A stretch of 64,000 bases of DNA, from contig JAAOMT010000586.1 of NCBI GenBank assembly GCA_016748015.1, forward strand, positions 310,001 through 374,000, read 5' to 3'. The translations under genes were made by a program, and so were the position numbers. Shown here in pieces: positions 24,401 to 35,580 of the stretch (within the stretch, counting starts at the first letter, position 1; the number at the start of each line of letters is the position of its first letter). The notes under the pieces are model-generated. The model did not search any database and was not told where the DNA came from. It worked only from the letters and a program-made list of their open reading frames with translations. Source of the DNA: Geosiphon pyriformis uo1 (lineage: Eukaryota > Fungi > Glomeromycota).

Positions 24401-24701
24401 GAGAAATCTTAAATATGTATATATAGCAGTAGTATTAGAAACAGAAAAGACAGAATCAACACTAAGAATTTTTAGCTTAAGTACCACAATGCTCAAATAA
24501 ATAATTATTCACTATATTAAATTCATTCTTCACTATCAACATGAAGTGTTGATAGTAACTGATACTTAACCATACTGGAACAATAGCTCTTGATCACAGA
24601 TATTGACAAGATACTAACTTGCAAATTGCCTTGGCTTATTTCTTATTTTTTCTTTTATCTTTTTTTATTTTCTTTGTTGTCTACTAACTTGATTAAAAGA
24701 T

Positions 24702-24825
24702 TTACTCTTAGAGAACTTATGGAGGAATAAAACTTATTTAAAAAATACTTACTCTTGGAGGACTTATGAAGGAATAAACTTGCTTAAACAATATTTACTC
24801 TTAGAGAACTTACAGAGGAATTAAC
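24702..24825 (+). repeat. Three tandem repeats of about 44 bp in the solo LTR
   Basis: TTACTCTT(A/G)GAG(A/G)ACTTA..GAGGAAT occurs three times. Confidence 0.75.
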
Positions 24826-27800
24826 ATTAGGAAACAACACTGGTATACACTTATGAAGGATATTGTACCAGGAGAATCATCAACCACCAAGCTGAACAAG
24901 CAATTGACGAAACTACAGTTTCAAGAAACTACTGATAAACTGTTACCATTGAATCTCTGTCTATTATACAAAGAACTCAATTGGAAAACCTTCAGATAAA
25001 ATACCTTCAGATTATTATCATTACTAATCATCTTGAGCACCAAGTTACAGGTTTGTTATTCACTCAACACCTCAAAGAATTCACCTGTAACACCGGTAAT
25101 AGTGTTTATTCTGATGTGAAAAGTTTATCTGGTGAGGATGAGAATGTTAGCATGTCTGGGGCAAATAGTGGGTCTCTTTTGGGTTCAGCTGCTACTACAT
25201 CCAAGGCAAAGTGAATCAACACTGGTGCTGGTTTTGGTTCTCCACTTGGCTCTCCTAATTTTCATATGAATGATGATGAAGTTGTGTTCCCTTCTCATTT
25301 GCCTATCTCCCTTGAAAAGAAGTGGATTGACCCAAAGATTATTAAGACTCCTGTGGAAGTGTCAGTTAAAAAGTCATTTGCTTTGGATATTAATCTCTTA
25401 GCTGTGGAAGGAAAATTAGCAATAGCAAAAACTCAGTTAATTAGAAAAATTTTTTCAACAATTAATGGTTTTGGGAGGACCACTATCCTCTCAAAATTTG
25501 AAGAGATCATTCAATCTACCTTCACTTCAGAAAAGAGCATGGAAATGGCCGCATCATTGGCCAGAGAAAAAGGGATTAACATAAACAGTAATCTCAAGAG
25601 ACAAGGAGTTCATTCAGATCAAGCTGTGGTCGTTAAAAAAATTCTCATAGATACACCTAAAAAAATGATCATTGCTGTACTAGCCAAGTTTGGTGAAATT
25701 AAGTCAATCAAAATTCAACTTATTAGATTATGGCAAAAAGCAGTGATAGAATTTGTTGAACAAAGTTAGGCTAAACATTTAGCTGCTAAATGGTCTTTTT
25801 TAATTGGGAAAGATTCTGTGCGAGTGGCTATGGCTGTGAGAAATTGCAATACATGGGCATCTAGAGACTGGTTTAGGGCTTTGTTGTTTATTTTGCTTGT
25901 AAGAATGACTGTTCATGATTTGGGCACTCTTTTGGAAGATGTTGGTGGGAAAACTTGTATTATAAACAGGTCTATAAAAACTGGTAATAGAACTTGCTGT
26001 GCTGTAGTCAGTTTTGAATTTAATGATGATCTGGAATCTGTTTTTTGCATAGAGCCAATTTTTAGCAGTATTAAACTTTCTTGGGCAAGGATGAACCTGG
26101 TTTGGTGTGAGAAATGTGGAAAGTTTGGTCATTCTGCTTTAGAATGTGATGCATCTGTTGTGTCCTTCTCTAAGCCTTCAAGAACATTTAAAAGAGTTGC
26201 ATTTGATGAACATTGTCTTCAGTTGGCTAAATTGTATAAGAAAAAAAGTGTTCCAATATCCCACCCTGCTGTCTTTGGTGGTAAATCTTGGGCCCAAGTG
26301 GTCTCACTTGCTGGTTCTTCTGATGGTCTTCACTTTGCTTTTGGTTCTGGTTTTGGTTTCTCTTTCTCTGGCATCTTAGGTTTGAATGATGGTCTTCCTT
26401 CTGTCTTGGTTGACAATTCGTTTTTGGATACTTGTTTGGCTTCTTTGAAGTGATCTTTGGAGCTGTTCACTGACCAAGTTTCAGGCATTGTGCACAAACT
26501 CAGCAATGTGATATTGGTGCTACAAGCTTCAGCTCCCCCCCTAAAGTCTCAACTACTTTGATTGCTGCCAAGGAGGATTTGGTTTTGGATATGGTCATGG
26601 ATGATTCTGAGTTGGTCCTTTCACCCTCTTCTTCTGCTTTTCTTAGTGTTTTAACATTGGGTCTGAGTAGTTTAAAAGTTTTGACAACTAAGGTTGGCAG
26701 TTTGAAATCTAAGTTGGTGGCTCTTAAGGCTTCTGTTGGTTCAGTTTTGGCTAAGTTAGATTATTTAAGTGCTGGTTTGGATCCTTTGTTATTCTCTTCA
26801 TCTCAATAAGTGGTTTGATCTAGAAGATAGCTATGTGTAATATTCAGGACATCAATGTTCCTGCCAAGCAAAAAAATGTTATTCATTGGCATAAGGATAT
26901 GAGCAACTTGATTTCAATTTTTACTGAGACTAAATTGAAGGATAAAGTCTGTCTATGGTTTGCTGGCAAATTTGAAGGTGTCTGTGTGTTCACTTCTGGT
27001 TTGAATCATGAGTATTTGGGTGCTGGTATTGTGGTCATCATGAACTCTTCTTTGACAAAACATGTATACAACGTTTCTGAGGTGCCCAGTTGGCTTATAT
27101 CTATTAAATTGCTTTTCAAAAATAAACTTTCTGTGTCTGTTTTGGGGCTGTATGCTGGTGCTTCATCTGCTGCTAGATTTTCACAGGTTAGAAAAATCAA
27201 CTCTCTTATTGCAAAAGCTGCTAACGGATCTTTTTTGTCATCCTTGGTGGTAACTTCAATAAAGACAGTTTGAAAAAAAGTGCTAGTTTTAAGAAATGTG
27301 TCAGTTTGGGGCTGGTCAATTCTTTGGTAGGTAGTTTGATTATGAAGAGTCCCACATGGAGGAACTTAAAAAGTGTAGAAAAAACAATTAATTTTGTATT
27401 GATTTTGTTAAATTTGGTCAGTGTAATAATTGATCACAATGTTATGGATGTTAGTGATTACTTTGACACTGATCATCAAGCTGTTTCTGTATCAGTGAGT
27501 CTGGGTGGTTTGCTGAATACACAGTTGAACTTTCTTCACAGACAAGTAAATAAAGATTACTGGAAGTTTGATTTTAAAGGTACTGACAATGCAAAGTGAG
27601 ACAAGTTTAAAGAAGCTACAGCAGCTAATACTGCCATGTTCTTTGATGGTTTTATTATTTCCACACAATTTTTGAACTTAAACATGATGTAAGACACAAT
27701 TTGCAATATTATGATGCTGTCAGCTAACGAAATATTTAGGAAAAAATGGTCTAAGAGTTATGATAGTATTTTTACTAAAGAATTTTCTAAGTTTCATAAG

Positions 27801-28580
27801 CTGAAGCTTTTGGTCTTAAAGATTGCTAAGGCCTTTTATAATAAAAATAGTGATAGATTTGTTCTTTTTATGAAATGCTGGGATTCTTTGGACAATGTTA
27901 AGACTTCAATTGTGCAAGAAATTGTGAACTCTGGTGTGGGTTTTGATCATGTGTGCTCAGCTTTTTTCAGTACATAAAAGACATATTGTGCCTTCAAGCT
28001 TGCTGAGTTTATACAAGCTGAAGAGTCAAGAATAAGGTCAGCAGTTAATAGTCAAATGAAGAATTTTGCAGTCAACAAAGATAGCACAATTAAGAGTGTG
28101 CTGGAGCGCCCTTTTTAGAAGGTGGTTTTGGACCATCTGGTAGTTGAAAATGAACTGATTCTGGAACCTGGCCTGGTTAAGGCAAAAGTTGACACAATTA
28201 TGAAAGGCTAAACCAGAAAGCATAATGTGGTGGGAGATTTTTCCAGTAATTGGTTGCATCAGTATTAGCCTTTGGAATATGTTTTTGATGATGCCTTTTC
28301 AGATGTGATGTGTTCAGTTAATTTTGATGAGCTACTTGGTGTGGTTTTTAATCTGCCTAATGGCAAAGCTGCTGGTCTTTCTGAGGTGTTAAATAAGCTT
28401 TAGAAACATTGTGACAAATTGGTCTTGAATATGTTTTTGGTGCTTTTAAACTCCTTTTTGTCTCATAAGTCAGTGCCTGGTGTTTGAAAAAAAGCTTGGG
28501 TCTTGATAATTCCTAAACTGTATAAGTGGGAAGAAGTTTTTACAAACACCTGATCTATTGCTTTGATCGAGACTGCCTGC

Positions 28581-31500
28581 TGTTACCAGTAGAATTTTAG
28601 CTATTAATTAGCATGAAATTACTCTTATAATTTTTATTATTAATTAGCATACATTATTATTATTTCGATTATCACTTATTATTTAATCAAATTATCAAAT
28701 ATCATTACTCAATCAATAATCTGATTTGGAAAAAACTTCTTTCTCTCTTTTGTCCCAAATTTCTGAAAAAGAGTCAAATTTTTGAAAAAAGTTTTTTCTG
28801 CTTTTGCATACTGTTTTCCACTATTTCACAAGAAACAAACTCTTTTGTTGTTAGACTGGCTGCCACTATGAGTGGTCCCAGTGCTAAGAGAAGGTCTGCC
28901 AGAGTCTCGACCATTGGTTCAGTTGGTAGAGGTTTAACTCACAGAGTTACAAAGCCTTTCAGTGGTATTAAACTTTTAAGTACAGACAAGAATCTCAAAG
29001 TTAGTGGGTCTGTTGGTGTGAGTAGGCAATCTACTAGCATAGATACGGATGGAAAAGCCTCTGATGGTAGAGTTGCTCCTGATTCCCAAACAAATACACC
29101 CAATGTGAAGCGTTTCAATACTGGTGTGGCTATCGGGTCTTCTATCAGCTCTATCAATTATGACATGGATAATGAAAAGGAAGTTTCTCTTCCTCCCCAT
29201 TTGTCTTTCTCTTTAGAAAAAGTGTGGGTGAACCCCAAAATTGTTAAGTCTCAAATGGAAGTTGCTGTGAAGAAATCATTCACTTTGGACATCAATCTAT
29301 CTGCTGTGGAGAGGAAATCGGCAATGGCCAAGACTCAGATTATTAGGAAATTGTTGAAAACAATTAATGGTTTTGGGGGGGCCACTATCTCCTCAAAATT
29401 TGAAGAAATCATTCGATCGACATTTACTTTATCAGAAAGTATAGAAAAGACCACGTCATTGGCCAGAGAAAATAACATCATTGTAAACAGTGATTTTAAG
29501 AGACAAGAAATTTGCTCAGATCGGGCTGTAGTAATCAAGAAAATTCCCATGGATACACCAAAGAAAATGATCGTCACCACAGTATCCAAGTTTGGAGAAA
29601 TTAAGTCAATCAAAATCCAGTTAATTGGTTTGTGGCAAAAGGCTGTAGTGGAATTCGCTGAACTGGAACAGGCTGTGTCTTTGGCTACTAGGTGGTCCTT
29701 TCTGATTGGTAAAGACTTGATTTGTGTGGCTATGACAGTGGGCGATTATGAAACTTGGACATCTAGAGATCAGTTCAGGGTGCTTTTGTTTACTTTGCTG
29801 GTAGGAACTACTGCTTATGATTTTGGGGATCTTCTTGAAAAGACTGGTGGAAAAACTTGTGTCATAAATTGGTCATTGAAGACTGGTAATAGAGTTCGCT
29901 GTGTTGTTGTTTGTTTTGATTCTGATGAGGTTTTGGAGTCAGCTTTTTGCACGGAGCCAATCTTTGGTGGTGTGAAACTTTTATGGACTAGACTGGATTT
30001 GGTTTGCTATGAACAGTATAGGAAGTTTGGTTATTCTGCCTTGGAATGTGATGCTGAGGTTGCATTAGTGCTCAAATCTTCAAAGTTTTTTATAAGGCCT
30101 GCCAACCTAGATACTCGTCTCCAGCTGGCCAAATTGTATGCAAAGAAGAATGTACCAATCTTTTGTTCTGTTGCCTTTGGTGGCAAATCTTGGGCTCAAG
30201 TGGTTTCAGTTGCTTCAGTCTCTTATGGTTTTCGTGCTAATTCTAGTTCCAGTTCTCCGCTTTCTGGTGCTTTGAGTTCAGATAGGGCATTTCCCCTTCT
30301 ACCTGTGATCAATTCTTCTTTGAGTGCTCACTTAATACTTCTGGAACGCTCTGTAAAGCTTTTGTCTGAACAAATTTCGACCATTCTTTCTTGTCTTGAC
30401 AATATTGGCTCAGCGTCCTTGGCGCCTTCTTCTCAAATGGCTCCTTCTGTGGTTGTTTCTTAGTTCCCAATCTCTGTTCTTTTTGTGGTTGCAAACTCCG
30501 ACTTGGATTTTGACATGGCAGTTGATGATCTTTTTGTCCAGCCTACTTCTTTCTCTCCAGGTATTACCAATTCGCTCTTGGGTCTGAGTAGTTCCAAAGT
30601 CTTGACTTCCAAAGTTGGTGGTCTAGAATTGAAGTTGGTTGCCCTCGACATCTCCGTTGGTTCAATTTTGGCTAAGTTGGATCAGTTGTGTGCTGGCTTG
30701 GGTTTTTCAGTTATCTCTTCATCACAATGACCAGTTTTATTTGGAATATTGCCACGTGTAATGTTAGGGGAATGAACAATCTTGCAAAACAGGTGGACAT
30801 TTTTTGCTGACATAAAGAATCTGGTAGTTTGATCTTGATTGTTACAGAAACCAAATTGTGTTCCAGTTTGCAACCATGGATCATGAAAAGGTTTGAGGGT
30901 GTTCGGGTTTTTATGTCTGGTATGGATGTTGGGTTTTGGGGGGCTGGTGTGGCCATTTTTGTGAACAATTCTCTGGCTCATCATGTTTCCAAAGTCGAGG
31001 AGGTGAAGGGCAAAGTTCTTTCAATTCGTCTTTTGTTCAAGAACAAGCTTTCTGTGTCTGTTATTGGGCTTTATGCCTGTGCATCTAGTGGTGGCTGTTT
31101 TGCTCAGGCTTCTGTTATTAATTCATTTATTGCTAATACTGTCAACAAAAGTTCTTTTGTTGTTTTGGGTGGGGATTTCAATGAAGACAATTCAGTCAAG
31201 GAGGCGAGCCTTAGGAAATGTTTAGGTTTGGGTCTAGTTAATGTTTTAGGTGGCCACTCTCTAACTAGAATTCTTATGTGGAGCAATTCAAGAGGCATTA
31301 GCAAGGTTTTGAACTACATTCTAGTTAGTAACTCTTTAATTTCAGCTGTTGTAAATTGTGATGTTAGTTCTGTCTTGGAATTTTTTGACATGGATCACTT
31401 GGCTGTCTTGATGTCTATTGGGCTGGGTGGTCTTCTGGATGCTCGTTTGAACAGTATTTGCAAGCACGCTAATAAGAATTGCTGGAAGTTTAAGATTAAG

Positions 31501-34500
31501 AATGCTGATGAGGAAAAGTGGGCGCATTTTAAAGAACTTTCTGAGTGTGTGCTTTTGGGTTCTCTGGATAGGTTCAAGATGGCTGAGGATGGTGACAACT
31601 TGGATAAAATGTGGGGGGTGCTTGCTGAAACCATGACTACTTCTGCTGAAAAATTTTTTTCAAGACATTGGTATAGTAAATTTAATTGTGCTAAGAATAG
31701 ACTTTCTTCTAAGTTTTCCAGATTAGAGCTGTTGGTTGCCAAGTTATTAAAAATGCTGAAACTGGATGATACGTTGGGCTTTAATTGTCTGGCTGACACT
31801 TGGTTTAAGGTTGACTCTTCCAAAGCTTTCAAAGTTCTTAGTATGGTTGGGGATAATGTGAGTTCTACTGGCTTGATAAGTCATTTTTCAAAAGTTAGAA
31901 AGCAATATAGAAAGTCCAAATATTATAAATCTGAGGTGGCCAAAAGGTCTGTTATCAGAGATGCGATTGATAAGCATATGGAAAGGTTTAATATGGACAA
32001 AGGTGGGATGATTTGGAGCATCTTGGAGTGGTCCTTTCGCAAAGTTGTTCTAGACCATTTGGTTGTTGGTGATTCTCTTATTTTGGAATCTAATGAAGTA
32101 AAGCTCAAAGTGGATGACATCATGGTTAATTGGACCAGAAAGCAGAATGCTCTTCCTGTTCTATCTGGTCTCTGGGGACAACAATATGCCCTATTGGCTT
32201 ATGTTAATGATAATGCTTTTAGTCTGGTCATGTGTGATATTACCATGTGTGAGATGTTTTCAGTTATAAGCAATCTTCCTGATGGCAAAGCTGCTGGTTT
32301 GTCTGGTATTACTAACAAACTTTGGAAACATGCTGGCTGTTTGGTTTTGAAGTGTTTGTTGTCTTTGCTGAACTTTTGTTTGCACTTTGGTAATATTCTG
32401 GTTTATTGGAAGGAGGTCTGGGTGTCCATGATTCCTAAGTCTTATGATTGGGATGGCATTTTGTTGAATACACAGTCTATTGCATTGATTGAGACGGCCA
32501 GAAAGATTCTGTCAAAAGTTCTCTCAGACAGGATCTTTTTTGCTTGTAGTAAGTTTAATGTTCTCCGTGGTAACAACTTTTCTGTCCTCAAAGGCATTTC
32601 CACTCAGTCACCAATTTCAGCTGTGGGTTCAATTGTGAAGGATGTTTTGAAAAAAGGCCATGAACTTTGGCTGGTTCTTCAGGACATGTGCAAAGTGTAT
32701 GACTCTGTTGGTTGGCCTCATTTGGAAGCTAGTTTATGCCATATCAAAATGTGTGACAAGTTATTCAAGTTTTTTGGCAACATTCACAACAATCGCTTTA
32801 ACAGAGTCATGACAGATTTTGGTCTTTCTGATGGATACAAATTTCTTGATGGTTTGAATCAGGGTGAAGTTTTCTCATCTCTTCTATGGAGAATTTTTTA
32901 CAACTCCTTGTTGTGTGAAGTTGTGAGACAGGATCATTTGTGTGGTTATTGGATTAATTCGAACTTTGTGACAAAGTCTGGAAGGATTGGGTGATCCTTT
33001 GTATTTCAATGTGGTCCGCTCTTTGAAATTTGCTGGTGTAGCATATGGTGACTAACTTCTGGACAAAACTGGTTCTGTTGTTAGTTGGTGTACATTTTGT
33101 CAATAGAAAAGGCTTGGTTCTAGAGGCCTTGTGCCTTTATGGTTTTTGAAGGCCTCTATTTACTTGAATAGTTGTTTACATGCTCCTCCTCCTATAAGTT
33201 TAGCTTCTGTCTGTGCTAGTGTTTTAGATTCGATGTCTTTTGCCGATATTTGTAAGGAGATTCATGGATTGTGGACTGATGAGATTGATGTTTATACTGA
33301 CAGCTCTCTTAGAGGCTTGGATATGTTTCAGGTAGCATGTGGTGCTGCCGCTTATTTTCCTAGCTTGAACAAAGATTTAGGGGTAGAGGTACATGGTGTG
33401 CTGTCTTTGACCCTGGCTGAATTACAGACTGTTGCCCTGGCTCTGGAGTGCGTTCTTGCCTCTGTTTCAGTGGCTTTGCACACAGATAGTTAAGCAGCTA
33501 TCGATGCATGTGTGGCCGAATTGGGTCTCTTGCAGCCGGATTGTCACAATAGTTGCTGGATAGAAAGGCGCCATGTGGTTGATTTGATTAAATCCAAAGA
33601 TCTGACTGTCCACTAGATCAAAGTCAAAAGTCATGTTGGCATCACTGGTAATGTTATGGCTGACATTTTTGCTGAACAAGCTGCACACTCTAGGGTCTCT
33701 CTCTCTGTCAGGATTGATTATAGATATGTGGTTGTTGATGGCAGGCCAGTTTCTAACAATGCCCATTATTTTGTACATGACATTTTTCATTTTATTTGCA
33801 AGTTTCAGTGAGAGGTGGATCCTGGCCAAGGGGTTTTGTCTTGTTTGTTTGGTCTGGTTGTCGATTGGAATAGTACCGCTCTAGTTTGACACTCTGACTC
33901 TCATATGCTCTCTGGGAGTACATGTCAAGCCACTGCTGCTCTTTGTACATACTTCATGAAAGCTGTTCATTTCAAGTTGCCTGTTGCTGTTCAAAAGAGG
34001 CTGTATAATAAGAATTACCTTGGTGTGTCATGTCTATTTTGTGGTGATGTGGAACTCCCCAATCACAGCTTTACTTGTGTTAAAGATGCTTCTGGGCAGT
34101 CGGATATTTTGGGTGACTTTGGTGGTTTATGGAAAACTCTAATGAGTCTTGGTCTACTGTCACTGTCTTTTGTGTTGCAAGATCTCTCTCTGGAGGTGTC
34201 TAATGTTGGTTTGTATTTGGTTTTTTGCAAGGAATTTGTTCTCAAAAGTTGGATGGATAAGGTTATTGCTTCTCTTGATGACAGAAAAAAAGCGGCCTTT
34301 GTGGTGGTGGATTTTGTCTGTTATTTGGCTGAGAGTCATAGGATGAACTTCTGGCTTTTTAGAACTAAGTTCAGGTCTGACATGGAGAGAAGTGGTTTGA
34401 TTGGTAATGATGTTGTTGTGGCCGGTGCTTTTGATATGAGTGCTTTGCCTCTTTCAGTTGGCACAGTCCGTCTTACTGGTGTGTTGGATGCTCTTGATGT

Positions 34501-34826
34501 CGGTTTCAGTTTTAGGAATAGGTTCTTGTTTTTGTCTGGTGCTGTTCACAGGGTTAGTGTTTCTATAAGTGTGTAGTGTTGCCTTGATTGGCTCGAGTGG
34601 TCGGTTACATGTAGCAAATGTGTGAACCATGTTTAGTTGGTTATTTTTCTTTGTAACTTATTCTAAACTTTGGTTGGGCTGCACTTGTTAATAAATAAAT
34701 AAATAAATAAAAAAAAAATCTGATTTGTATTCTAAAAATTAAGATGATCAAATTATACAATACTCTGAACCATTTAACATAGTCAAAATTTGCTGAAATT
34801 AATGAAAATTTGCTGAAATAATCAAT
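28581..34826 (+). mobile_element. 5' part (about 250 bp) of a family-B LTR, split by LINE B (pieces 28581-28728 and 34717-34826)
   Basis: Starts TGTTACCAGTAGAATTTTAGC. After removing LINE B and one TSD it aligns colinearly with the first 250 bp or so of the LTR at 42972. Confidence 0.88.
28729..34716 (+). mobile_element. LINE B: L1-like non-LTR retrotransposon with both ends intact; ORF1 (RRM, zinc-knuckle relic, coiled coil) and ORF2 (APE - RT - RNase H - CCHC finger), with an internal RT deletion
   Basis: 11-bp TSD AATCTGATTTG (28718-28728 / 34717-34727) and an (AATA)n + poly(A) tail. ORF1 28868-30730 has one internal stop. ORF2 starts at 30727: CNVRGMN, ETKL, GGDFN, MDH, QDMCKVYDSV, GLNQGEVFS; RNase H VYTDSS...LAELQ...TDS...KSHVGITGN; CLFC...H...C; stop at 34576. 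Confidence 0.95.
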
Positions 34827-35580
34827 TGCTCATCTGGAAGCTCACTAAAAATATGTAGTTACTTTGCTGTAAAAGTCAACTTTTCTACAGAAATCTTGTC
34901 TGTAGGCTACCCTAATAATTGTAATAAGAAAAGAAAAGAAAAATAAAAGAAATGTAAAAGAAATAGAATTTTATCAAGGGAAATGTTTTCTATTCAGGCC
35001 TGGAGTCACTAACAGTTTATTGAAATTGGTAGCTAATCAATTTTAAAATGTTAGTTGGGTTTTGGGGATTTTCCAAGTGCAATAATTAAAAAATTTGGTT
35101 TTTCAAATTATTTAATATTTATTTCTTTTTGTGTGTGTAGAAATGGTTCTAAGTGATAAATCTAAAGTAAGATACATTTTCTTGAAGAAAAAAGCTCTTC
35201 TTTTATACAACTTGTTGTAGTACTAGTCTATGAACTTGCACTTTTTCTCTTTGCTCAAATCTTGGCAAACTAAAGATACATTTTGATGAACTACAAGTTA
35301 TTTTTGTTGAACTATTGATTAATTTGAGTGAACTATTTATAATTTCGGCGAATTTCTGTAAATTTCAGCGAATTATAGAATGTTACAAAGTTCAGAGTAT
35401 TGTGTAATTTGATCATCTTACTTTCTGTTATACTAATTAGATTATTTTAATTGAATCATAATATGTGATAATTGATTAAATAATAAATGATAATTTGAAA
35501 TAATATTAATATACTAATTAATTATAGAAATTATAAGGGTAATTTCATGCTAATTAATAGCTAAAATTCTACTGGTAACA
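34827..35580 (-). mobile_element. Family-B LTR in inverted orientation, missing about 30 bp of its 3' end
   Basis: Its reverse complement aligns with 42972 to about 43728. It ends ...CTACTGGTAACA at 35580, directly abutting gag coding sequence (flank CCAG). Confidence 0.9.

Larger units (their letters stand above)
24165..25092 (+). mobile_element. Solo LTR (family A, 928 bp) inserted in LINE A ORF1
   Basis: TGTTAC...GTAACA termini and a 4-bp TSD CCAG/CCGG. Removing it restores ORF1 in frame (KSES|GNSVYSDV). Homologous to the LTRs at 50530-51473 and 55865-56694. Confidence 0.93.
23872..28580 (+). mobile_element. LINE A: degenerate L1-like non-LTR retrotransposon (5'UTR, ORF1, APE endonuclease, start of RT), interrupted by a solo LTR and cut off at 28580
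   Basis: Its 5' end AAAAAACTTCTTTCTCTCTT is shared with LINE B. ORF1 runs 23995-26809 with RRM-like segments and a CCHC knuckle (CEKCGKFGHSALEC). ORF2 has APE motifs (CNIQDIN, FTETKL, TDH) and early RT (PNGKAAGLS, SIALIETA). Many stops. Confidence 0.9.

Noticed and set aside
28939-33829. Multiple antisense ORFs over LINE B
   Set aside because: Short shadows of the sense ORFs, with no recognisable motifs.
28581-35580. DNA transposon or MITE with terminal inverted repeats
   Set aside because: Both arms and the interior are LTR sequence homologous to 42972-43759, the flanks do not form a TSD, and there is no transposase.
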